Of a stretch of 58,464 nucleotides of DNA, positions 49,007 to 56,481 are shown piece after piece (within the stretch, counting starts at the first letter, position 1; each line of letters begins with the position of its first letter). A model generated the notes under the pieces. The model saw only the letters and a program-made list of their open reading frames with translations, had not been told where the DNA came from and ran no database searches. The position numbers were made by a program, and so were the translations under genes. Origin of the DNA: a virus (lineage: Duplodnaviria; Caudoviricetes); the IMG/VR virus record IMGVR_UViG_3300021964_000073, positions 1 through 58,464 of that record; one strand, written 5' to 3'.

Positions 49007-49411
49007 TTATGTAGCAATTAGTCCGAATGGTTTCCATTCGCCGGGTGTACCAGTTCTAATACAAACCCATCCAACATAACCACCTATTGTTGCTTGGTTA
49101 TTCCAAACAATATCGCCCTGATTATATGTTCCAGTTTCTGGAATAATATTTGACGATTGCATTTTAATATTATCAAATGATATAGCACCGTTTGACATAA
49201 AAGAAACATCACTAGGTATGTTGTTTACACCAATTGCAATCTTTCCATCTACATGTAAATTTTCTTGTACGCACACCTTGCCGTCTGACGTTACGTTTAA
49301 TGGACGATTGTCGCCTATTTGTGTTAAAAGAGTTTCAACAGCATCACCTAGATTAACAAGTCCTTCACTCATCTGTGTTAATACATTTGCATCTAAACTA
49401 ACTAGTTTCAT
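49007..49411 (-). CDS. Virion fibre-like protein
   Basis: C-terminal GDIVWN...GYVGWVCIRTGTPGEWKPFG. Confidence 0.7.
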   Translation of the reverse strand: MKLVSLDANVLTQMSEGLVNLGDAVETLLTQIGDNRPLNVTSDGKVCVQENLHVDGKIAIGVNNIPSDVSFMSNGAISFDNIKMQSSNIIPETGTYNQGDIVWNNQATIGGYVGWVCIRTGTPGEWKPFGLIAT

Positions 49412-50481
49412 TATGCTTCAATCCTTCCAAACGCTTTCCAAACACCAGGTAGACCGCTTTCAATACATATCCAGCCTACAAACCCTTCAGCTGTTGGATT
49501 AGTGTTATAAGTTATGTCGCCCTTCATGTAACTACCTTCTGTTGGCGCTTGTACATCATACTGTATCTTTTTGTTCTGAATGCTTATTGGTCCTGCTATT
49601 GTTAAGTCAGCATCAGCTCTTGGAGCAGTTTTAACTCCAATTGAACTAGTTACTTTTATGTCGCCTGTTTTTTCAACATTAATTCTAGTAGTATTATCTG
49701 TAATAATTTCTAAGTTACTAGTAGTATATGTACCTATCTTAACTGTATCAAACCAAGGATCAACTACAAATTCTGCTTCATTACTGCTTACACTAAGTTG
49801 TCCATTAGGTAACTCATTACCGATTGACAATCTCATCAATCCGCTATCCCAAGTTACCCAACCTTCATCAAAGTTAAAATCACCTGAGGTATGTAAATTA
49901 TTAAGAACACCAACGCTTTGTAATTCACTGTATGTTACTGTAGATCCTAGAGCACCGGCACTTAGTACATCAATGTTATCAATTTTAAGACTTGCATCTC
50001 TATGTAAGTTAATTGAATCACTAGCATAAAAACTATTTGTTCTATCTTGCCAAACAAACAACTTTGTGTCTTCACCTGGTTTTCTCCAGTTAATTCCAAC
50101 AAGATCAATGCTACCATTTTCGGTTGCAAAATCTATATTAGCTGTGTGTCTTTGATCTGTAATAAATTCTGTTGTAACAATTTTATTTGCTGTTAGTACT
50201 CCGTCAACTGTAAAGTCACCTGTAGCAACTGTATTGCCTACAAGTGTGTCAGTATCAACAGCATCAACAGTAATACCATCATCAGCAACAAGTAAAACTA
50301 GTCTACTTGCATTATCAGTTATACCTGTGCTTCTAAATAATGTTAGTTTTCCACCGTGAACTGCATTGCCGCTGATAGAGTTACGACCGGGTGTATCCAG
50401 CGAAACTTCAGCGTTTGCAAGTGTTTTAATTGTTTGATCTAGGCGTACTAAACCTTCTCTAATACTTGTGTTTGTGCTCAT
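49411..50481 (-). CDS. Virion fibre-like protein
   Basis: C-terminal GDITYN...GFVGWICIESGLPGVWKAFG, paralogous to the neighbour; TAAATA-N5-ATG. Confidence 0.75.
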   Translation of the reverse strand: MSTNTSIREGLVRLDQTIKTLANAEVSLDTPGRNSISGNAVHGGKLTLFRSTGITDNASRLVLLVADDGITVDAVDTDTLVGNTVATGDFTVDGVLTANKIVTTEFITDQRHTANIDFATENGSIDLVGINWRKPGEDTKLFVWQDRTNSFYASDSINLHRDASLKIDNIDVLSAGALGSTVTYSELQSVGVLNNLHTSGDFNFDEGWVTWDSGLMRLSIGNELPNGQLSVSSNEAEFVVDPWFDTVKIGTYTTSNLEIITDNTTRINVEKTGDIKVTSSIGVKTAPRADADLTIAGPISIQNKKIQYDVQAPTEGSYMKGDITYNTNPTAEGFVGWICIESGLPGVWKAFGRIEA

Positions 50482-50492
50482 GCAAGTATTTA

Positions 50493-51785
50493 TCAGATTA
50501 CCTTAAGTAGAATCGTTTCAGGATTACACCTACCATTAAGTTTTGTGTCAGTAGTTTTAATATCCTCTAAGAATGTACGTAGTTTAACTTTACCTGCGTC
50601 TTTAAATTCTTTGAGTTGATCTGCTGGTTTACGTAGTGTCTTTTGTACACTCTTTGCTTCATCAAACGCAAGGATTGTAGTACCTTTTACAGTTAAACCA
50701 CTACCTTCTCTACCCATTCCTTTAGGGTCAATATTTTTAGCCACATACTTTCCTAGTTTACGTGTCTTACTATTGAATACCCATAGCTCACTAGCACCAA
50801 CAATATCTGCAGGATTTATACTTGCTAATTTAAATTTCTCATCTAGTTTTAGATATTTTAATTTTGCTACAAGTTTATCTGCACTGTACACTTTTGGCTT
50901 ACGTGGCTTACGAGTTGCTTTTGCAGTATCAATAACAAAATCAAGAGCAATAATTAATTCGTTTATTGCAATTCTATAATTTCTTACATCTGCTTTTTTA
51001 AAATGTCCGTATCCTTCTTTGAGCTGTAACCACTGATCTTGATCATGTTCGCTCATTTTTTTAAGTTGTCCTGCTGTAGGATATCTTTCTAGCTCATCAA
51101 AGTCTGTCAATGCATCTACATAAAAAGTTTTTAGTTTGCGGGCATGTGCTTGTGTAACATTTAGCTCCCTAAAATGATTTTTAAAGTTGAACCCTTTCGG
51201 GTCGAATGACTTTGGGTCTGTTATCCAACCTTCTAGCCAGTCATCAATCTTTTCACTTTGTAGATATGCTTGATCTCGAATACGTTCTTGGATAGTAGGA
51301 ACATATACATTTTCTTTTTCTTTTTCAACTTCTTTCTTTTCTTCAACTACGCTAGTACCTGCTTCTATTGCACGTTCAATTCGAGCTTTCAAAAACTTTG
51401 ATGCAGGAGCAGTATCGCCCATTGTTCCAGGTAGACTTTGCCAATACTTGTCATGCTTTTCGTTATAGTCAGGCATGCCGTTCATCAACAGTTTTGCTGT
51501 AATGCCGGCTGTAATGCTTAGTTCAAAACTAGGAGCGGCCTTTGCTTGTCTAAGTTGTTCTTTGGTGTAATCATTTTGCTCCATCCATTTCCATACGGCT
51601 GGATACAAATCTACAGGCTTGTAGTTTTCGTAATACCATGCTCTAGCACTTTGAGAAGCACGATGATATTGTTCACCTGTCCATTCTTCCCAACCTTCCC
51701 AACTAGGCTCAGTTAATTTGTTTCCTCTTTTAATACGAGGCGCACCTCTGACAGTTTTCTTTTTAGTTCTTTTTGGAATAGCCAC
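50493..51785 (-). CDS. Hypothetical phage protein
   Basis: 430 aa; GTG start with SD AGGAG; LWVFNSKTRKL...KTLRKP C-terminal domain. Confidence 0.75.
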   Translation of the reverse strand: MAIPKRTKKKTVRGAPRIKRGNKLTEPSWEGWEEWTGEQYHRASQSARAWYYENYKPVDLYPAVWKWMEQNDYTKEQLRQAKAAPSFELSITAGITAKLLMNGMPDYNEKHDKYWQSLPGTMGDTAPASKFLKARIERAIEAGTSVVEEKKEVEKEKENVYVPTIQERIRDQAYLQSEKIDDWLEGWITDPKSFDPKGFNFKNHFRELNVTQAHARKLKTFYVDALTDFDELERYPTAGQLKKMSEHDQDQWLQLKEGYGHFKKADVRNYRIAINELIIALDFVIDTAKATRKPRKPKVYSADKLVAKLKYLKLDEKFKLASINPADIVGASELWVFNSKTRKLGKYVAKNIDPKGMGREGSGLTVKGTTILAFDEAKSVQKTLRKPADQLKEFKDAGKVKLRTFLEDIKTTDTKLNGRCNPETILLKVI

Positions 51786-51808
51786 ATAAATCTCCTGCTG
51801 TTTTATGT

Positions 51809-51837
51809 ATTATATAGTCGAATAGTTAAAATGTCAA
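51809..51837 (-). promoter_or_regulatory. sigma70-type early promoter
   Basis: TTGACA-17 nt-TATAAT. Confidence 0.85.
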
Positions 51838-51842
51838 GTCTT

Positions 51843-53165
51843 TTAAATTTTTTCACCAGCTTTGAAACCCCTAAAGGTTTTAAAACGAGGGAAACGCAAA
51901 CTATACGTATCACTGTCTTGTGACTTAGTTCTTGCGTCTGCTCTAATTTCTATTAGCTGACCAATGAGACTAGCACGTTCAGTCCAGTACTCATCACGTT
52001 GAGAGTCAGTGAAACCGCTCCCACAGTTAAGGCGATAATTGTATCCATCGTCTTCTCCTTCTACTATTACGGCACCTAGTCTCCCCGCATTACGTCCAGT
52101 GCCTTCCTCGACGTCTACGACTTTTAGTGTAATTTCAATAAATGGTTTTGCTTTAAGCCAAGCATGTGTTCGTTTACATTCGTAGGGTGCATCAACATCT
52201 TTGATCATAACCCCTTCGTAACCACCGTCTACAGCCGTCTTATTAAGCTCTACAAAGCGTTTATTACCTTCTTCAGTACTAAGGTCTACCTCTTCCCATT
52301 CACACGCTGTAACGTGCTTTAAAAGGTCTTCGTTCTCTAGCACCCAATACTTGACTAAGTTACTACGATATGTTTGTGGTTTATCCCAACCACCTTCTAA
52401 AAAGTCTTTCAACGGAATAAAGTCAAACAAGTGTAGTACTGAGTCAGTTGCGGCCTTGCCGTCTTTTCTATGTACTTGCTTCATAAGGTCTTGAAAGTCT
52501 TTGCTCATTACTTCACCGTCTAGTACACAATCATATGGACTAGGCTTTCGTTCTAGTACTGATTCAATCTCTTCGATGATGTGTGGGAAGTTATGAAACT
52601 GTTTACCATTACGACTAAACAATTCTACCTTGCCTGAACGACATATAGCTAATACTCTTACACCGTCCAATTTAACTTCAATTTGTTTCTTGCCTACCAT
52701 TTTCTTTTCATGGTTAGCTGAATCGTGTGCTAAGGCACAAGTAAATGTTGGAATTGTATATTGTGGAAATTTCTTAGCAATTTTGTTAACAGTCTTTTCA
52801 CTTACACCGCAACGTAGGTCTTTGATTAAAATGCGTCTGTAAAAGCCGTTCCACTGTTCGGCAGTAGCAACACTCATTGCAAGTGCAATAGCATCACGTG
52901 CCGCATGTCCTGTAAGTTCACGGTTGATAAGTTGATTAGCCAGTACCTTAAAGTTACTCCAATCTAGTCCTTGTCCGTCCCATTCACTGTCTGCTTCTGG
53001 AACTTGTTTAACACCAAATGTAACAAGTGGATCTAGTGCCATTTTAACACCTTCAAAGAACTCATCTAGTCCTTCTTCCATTGCTTCTAAGATTACTTGT
53101 TCTTTTGCTAGACGACTGTTGTCTGCTTCTAGTTTTTGTATAATAGCCTGTGGTTGCGTTCTCAT
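51843..53165 (-). CDS. ATP-dependent DNA ligase
   Basis: EVKLDGVR (adenylated Lys), LDGEV, FDFI, EGVMIK, WLKAK, GSGF, LRFPRF. Confidence 0.96.
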   Translation of the reverse strand: MRTQPQAIIQKLEADNSRLAKEQVILEAMEEGLDEFFEGVKMALDPLVTFGVKQVPEADSEWDGQGLDWSNFKVLANQLINRELTGHAARDAIALAMSVATAEQWNGFYRRILIKDLRCGVSEKTVNKIAKKFPQYTIPTFTCALAHDSANHEKKMVGKKQIEVKLDGVRVLAICRSGKVELFSRNGKQFHNFPHIIEEIESVLERKPSPYDCVLDGEVMSKDFQDLMKQVHRKDGKAATDSVLHLFDFIPLKDFLEGGWDKPQTYRSNLVKYWVLENEDLLKHVTACEWEEVDLSTEEGNKRFVELNKTAVDGGYEGVMIKDVDAPYECKRTHAWLKAKPFIEITLKVVDVEEGTGRNAGRLGAVIVEGEDDGYNYRLNCGSGFTDSQRDEYWTERASLIGQLIEIRADARTKSQDSDTYSLRFPRFKTFRGFKAGEKI

Positions 53166-53195
53166 GTGTGCCTCTCATTAATTAATTATGTGTAT

Positions 53196-53224
53196 ATATT
53201 AGCACCATTTGATATAATTGTCAA
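53196..53224 (-). promoter_or_regulatory. sigma70-type promoter of the ligase
   Basis: TTGACA-17 nt-TAATAT. Confidence 0.6.
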
Positions 53225-53231
53225 CCGAAAA

Positions 53232-53305
53232 TGGACACTAAGGCCGGAATCGAACCGGCGTACACGGAGTTGCAGTCCGTTGCATAGCCACTCTGCCACT
53301 TAGTG
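53232..53305 (-). tRNA. tRNA-Cys (GCA)
   Basis: Acceptor CACTAAG/CTTAGTG, anticodon arm ACGGA-CTGCAAC-TCCGT, GTTCGATTC, U73, encoded CCA. Confidence 0.93.
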
Positions 53306-53307
53306 AT

Positions 53308-53384
53308 TGGTCGGAGTAGTAGGATTCGAACCTACGATCTCTTGGTCCCAAACCAAGCGCCTTACCAAACTAGGCCATACTCCG
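53308..53384 (-). tRNA. tRNA-Pro (TGG)
   Basis: Acceptor CGGAGTA/TACTCCG, CTTGG-TTTGGGA-CCAAG, GTTCGAATC, A73, CCA. Confidence 0.94.
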
Positions 53385-53458
53385 TGGCATCGGTGCAGGG
53401 AGTCGAACCCCGGCTTACAGTTTTGGAGACTGTCGTGCTACCATAACACTTCACCGAT
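53385..53458 (-). tRNA. tRNA-Trp (CCA)
   Basis: Acceptor ATCGGTG/CACCGAT, ACAGT-CTCCAAA-ACTGT, GTTCGACTC, G73, CCA. Confidence 0.93.
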
Positions 53459-53495
53459 AAAAAAAGCCCCTAACCGAATTAACTGCTAGGGGCTT
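53459..53495 (-). terminator. Intrinsic terminator (attenuator 3:4 hairpin) directly 5' of tRNA-Trp
   Basis: AAGCCCCTAGC-AGTTAATTCG-GTTAGGGGC followed by T7. Confidence 0.88.
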
Positions 53496-53523
53496 ACTTA
53501 AAATAACTTTTTAAAAAGTCACG

Positions 53524-53583
53524 TCAAGACATACCCCCGGATGGTGGCCAACAAGTAATATATGCTGTATTAGTCTTGATCAT
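53524..53583 (-). CDS. Attenuator leader peptide MIKTNTAYITCWPPSGGMS
   Basis: SD AAAGGA 8 nt before ATG; consecutive TGT TGG CCA CCA codons match the downstream Cys, Trp and Pro tRNAs. Confidence 0.8.
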   Translation of the reverse strand: MIKTNTAYITCWPPSGGMS

Positions 53584-53615
53584 GTTAAAATTCCTTTGTT
53601 TCTTAGTATGTATAT

Positions 53616-53644
53616 ACTATACTACATTTATTTATCGTTGTCAA
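53616..53644 (-). promoter_or_regulatory. sigma70-type promoter of the leader-tRNA operon
   Basis: TTGACA-17 nt-TATAGT. Confidence 0.75.
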
Positions 53645-53666
53645 CCTTTAAATTATTAGTTTTGAG

Positions 53667-54281
53667 TTAATCCCATAGACTTTCGTAATATCTGCCAAAC
53701 AATCTAAACCCGTTTGTCATACGTTCTTGGTGTGCATTAGCACCTTCACTGTCCCATTTGTTGTAGTCGTAATCTGACATCCAGTCGTCTCGACACTTTT
53801 GTTCGAACGCCCAGATCATTTCATCTAAGATCCAATCCCAACGCTCAAAAAACTTTTCGTCAGTGGTTCCATCTTTCTTATATGCTAATTTTTGATGAAC
53901 ATTCATGCGTAGCTCTTTAGGGACATCTACGTTTTCAACATAAGGAGCACCGTGCTTGGTTTCTTTCAACTGTTTAAGCATAGGTAAGATGATAGGAGCA
54001 AGAGTATGATCCATACTCCATGTGTCCCAACGATCAATATGTACCTTTACCTTTTGCACTCTCCTGTCAAGGAATAGATTAATAGTGCAGTTGTAGATAG
54101 TCTGCAAAATATCTTCCAGTTTTTCCAAGAACGCTTCTTTAAACGGTTGATGTTTGCCTGGGCCTAAACCTTTACTTGAACCATACACTGGCCAATCCAC
54201 ATAGCCATACTTTCGATCCATATAACGTGTATGAACGTTGCTTATCCATCTGTTGGGATAATTTCTAATACTAATCTTCAT
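53667..54281 (-). CDS. Hypothetical phage protein
   Basis: WDTWSMDHTLA.II.PML.QL...HGAP, RWDWILDEMIWAF, GFRLFGRYY..LWD. Confidence 0.75.
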   Translation of the reverse strand: MKISIRNYPNRWISNVHTRYMDRKYGYVDWPVYGSSKGLGPGKHQPFKEAFLEKLEDILQTIYNCTINLFLDRRVQKVKVHIDRWDTWSMDHTLAPIILPMLKQLKETKHGAPYVENVDVPKELRMNVHQKLAYKKDGTTDEKFFERWDWILDEMIWAFEQKCRDDWMSDYDYNKWDSEGANAHQERMTNGFRLFGRYYESLWD

Positions 54282-54366
54282 AATAATCTACAACTATTCT
54301 GTTAACACTATTGTATTACTAGTGTGCTTATACATGCTCTAACTAACACTAGTGTAGTAGTTGTAT

Positions 54367-54403
54367 ACTCTATCCAACATTTGACAGCAACTCTATCCAA
54401 CAT
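54367..54403. repeat. 14-bp direct repeat, 23-bp period
   Basis: ACTCTATCCAACAT at 54367-54380 and 54390-54403, intergenic. Confidence 0.85.
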
Positions 54404-54409
54404 CTTGCG

Positions 54410-54922
54410 TTACTCATGTTCGCCACCTGGATCGTTAGGATCTAAAGGAACCTTACGAGCATTGCCTTTTTCATCACGCCAAATAGTATATGTTCTACCT
54501 CGACCATATGATGTGTATCCATTAGCAAAATTAAAAGCACTAGGCTTACGTTTTGCTGTTTCAAACGTACCTACTGTGATTGCAATAGCACCTAACAGTA
54601 ATGTGTGTAGTACCATACTAAACACTCCCATGTACATGCTACCTACAATGATACCAAATACAATACACCACATCCATGCAAGTACCTGCATAATCATATG
54701 TCGTGTGCTAAAGTCTGGAATTGCACTTAGAGGATTCTTGTTATGATCCATTACTACATTCCAACAATTATAAATCCACTCTCTCATGGAAGTCTCCTTT
54801 TCAAATGTTACTTTCTTAGGGTAATGTGCATCGGCTACATCTCGCCAGTCTATAGCATCATACAAGTCGACAAATGATTGTGTGACTTTATGATTCTTGA
54901 AGTATGCTGTTACTCTATACAT
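54410..54922 (-). CDS. Membrane protein with two in-frame starts
   Basis: Upstream ATG 6 nt after a -10 box; internal AAGGAG-N6-ATG at 54787; two TM helices. Confidence 0.7.
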   Translation of the reverse strand: MYRVTAYFKNHKVTQSFVDLYDAIDWRDVADAHYPKKVTFEKETSMREWIYNCWNVVMDHNKNPLSAIPDFSTRHMIMQVLAWMWCIVFGIIVGSMYMGVFSMVLHTLLLGAIAITVGTFETAKRKPSAFNFANGYTSYGRGRTYTIWRDEKGNARKVPLDPNDPGGEHE

Positions 54923-54928
54923 TTTATT

Positions 54929-54957
54929 AATATAACACTTTTTTCACTGTATGTCAA
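54929..54957 (-). promoter_or_regulatory. sigma70-type promoter
   Basis: TTGACA-17 nt-TATATT. Confidence 0.65.
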
Positions 54958-54963
54958 ATATTT

Positions 54964-55047
54964 TGGTGCGCCTGGAGGGACTTGAACCCCCACGCCGTAA
55001 AGCACTGGTACCTAAAACCAGCGTGTCTACCATTTCACCACAGGCGC
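54964..55047 (-). tRNA. tRNA-Leu (TAG)
   Basis: GCGCCTG/CAGGCGC, CTGGT-TTTAGGT-ACCAG, long variable arm, GTTCAAGTC, A73, CCA. Confidence 0.94.
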
Positions 55048-55081
55048 GGTTGAGAGCTAACCGTTGACTCTCGCGAGCGTA

Positions 55082-55339
55082 TTAAGTCGCCACACTATCC
55101 TGTAATTCCTCTTGATCGACGTCATCGACAACTTCAGGCTCATCTAACTCTTTCTGATAATACTGTATTAGTTTTTCTTTTAGATCAACTCCGTCAAACT
55201 CGCCATCTTCTAGCCTTCGTATTGCGTCACCTTGACCGCTTGCTTGTTTAGTTCTAATTAGGTATGTACATACTCCAACTAAATCTGTTCTATTGATGCC
55301 TGTTTTTTGCATCGCTTCTTCAATGAAGACTCTCCCCAA
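55082..55339 (-). CDS. Hypothetical protein between tRNA genes
   Basis: 85-aa ORF with acidic tail. Confidence 0.55.
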   Translation of the reverse strand: MGRVFIEEAMQKTGINRTDLVGVCTYLIRTKQASGQGDAIRRLEDGEFDGVDLKEKLIQYYQKELDEPEVVDDVDQEELQDSVAT

Positions 55340-55361
55340 TATCTTTACCTTTCAAGTAAGT

Positions 55362-55435
55362 TGGAGCGGGTAAGGAGAATCGAACTCCTATCATTAGCTT
55401 GGAAGGCTAAGGTCTTACCATTACACAATACCCGC
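55362..55435 (-). tRNA. tRNA-Gly (TCC)
   Basis: GCGGGTA/TACCCGC, TTAGC-CTTCCAA-GCTAA, U73, CCA. Confidence 0.94.
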
Positions 55436-55439
55436 GTGT

Positions 55440-55529
55440 TGGCGGAAGATGTAGGATTCGAACCCACGGAAGAGTTACCCCTTCGACGGTTTAGTAAACC
55501 GTTGCTTTAAACCACTCAGCCAATCTTCC
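55440..55529 (-). tRNA. tRNA-Ser with rare ACT anticodon
   Basis: GGAAGAT/ATCTTCC, ACGGT-TTACTAA-ACCGT, long variable arm GAAGGG-GTAA-CTCTTC, G73, CCA. Confidence 0.9.
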
Positions 55530-55540
55530 AATGTTATATT

Positions 55541-55987
55541 CTACTTAGTGTAACGTAGCGAATAACTACGTCCATTAGAGTAAAAGTTAATAGTACTATG
55601 GCTATAAACTTCTTCTCTTGATTCTTCATAACGTGTTTCAATATTACAGCGTCTTTGTGTGCCGCCAGTAGCCTTTGAATTGTTATGACCAATCATGCCT
55701 CCAAGTACAGCACCTAAAGCACCACCGTTTTTAACATCACCTACATTGTTACCAATGATGCCTCCAATGATAGCACCTTTAAGCATGTCACCTGATTTGT
55801 CTCCACCGTAAGAATAATCTTTACAAACTTCAACACGGTAAGGTGTTTGGTTAACTACCCATTTGTAATGATCTGTTACTTGGCCATTAACTGAACCTTC
55901 AGCATGTGCCGCACCACTAAATCCTAGTGTTAAGCCTACTGCGGCTGAGATAACAAAGGTGTGGAAAGTTTTTTCAAAATATTTCAT
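55541..55987 (-). CDS. Exported glycine-zipper protein
   Basis: Signal peptide (AHA/E); GAIIGGIIG and GAVLGGMIG. Confidence 0.8.
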   Translation of the reverse strand: MKYFEKTFHTFVISAAVGLTLGFSGAAHAEGSVNGQVTDHYKWVVNQTPYRVEVCKDYSYGGDKSGDMLKGAIIGGIIGNNVGDVKNGGALGAVLGGMIGHNNSKATGGTQRRCNIETRYEESREEVYSHSTINFYSNGRSYSLRYTK

Positions 55988-55996
55988 TTTAATCTC

Positions 55997-56284
55997 CTAT
56001 GATGATGATTGGACTTTAGTTACACGATCATATTTAAATGAACGCCAACCTTTAGCATTGATGTCCCAAACAGTTACATTACCTTTAGGAGGTTCTTTTT
56101 CTGTCTTAGGACGGTTCTCTTCAGGAATAATATCATATGACTTTGTGCATGTCATAACTCTTTCATCTCCGTCAAGTTTATTAAAAGTAACAACAAGTGT
56201 GCTTTCTTTTAACTGTTTATTTAGTTCCTCTACTGTAGGGATACCTTTTAATTCTGCAATTTTATCTTGTACTTCTGGTGCCAT
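55997..56284 (-). CDS. Phage SH3/WYL-like beta-barrel protein
   Basis: VTFNKLDGDERVMTCT...VWDINAKGWRSF. Confidence 0.75.
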   Translation of the reverse strand: MAPEVQDKIAELKGIPTVEELNKQLKESTLVVTFNKLDGDERVMTCTKSYDIIPEENRPKTEKEPPKGNVTVWDINAKGWRSFKYDRVTKVQSSS

Positions 56285-56481
56285 TATAATTCCTCCGCAA
56301 TGCCTAGTATTTCAGCAACAAGTAACCCTGCGGCTAACCAACCCCAAGCGCCTGTGGCTAGGGCAACTACACATCCTGCAATACGTATTGCACTTTTTAC
56401 AAGACTAATATAAAAATGTTTCTTACTTGGATCCTTAGGTTCAGGTGCTCCGGGAACATATACTCTTTCTGGAATAGGCAT
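56284..56481 (-). CDS. Small membrane protein
   Basis: HFYISLVKSAIRI...AEILGIAEEL. Confidence 0.7.
   Translation of the reverse strand: MPIPERVYVPGAPEPKDPSKKHFYISLVKSAIRIAGCVVALATGAWGWLAAGLLVAEILGIAEEL

Noticed and set aside
53307-53489. 60-aa plus-strand ORF (also 55307-55510)
   Set aside because: Antisense to tRNA genes; the translations are typical tRNA-complement artefacts.
54367-54403. Possible CRISPR mini-array
   Set aside because: Only two 14-bp repeats with a 9-bp spacer; no cas genes.
55048-55080. Second attenuator in front of tRNA-Leu or the Ser/Gly tRNAs
   Set aside because: A hairpin (GAGAGT..GCTCTC) lies 5' of tRNA-Leu but has no U-tract, and no leader ORF with matching control codons was found.
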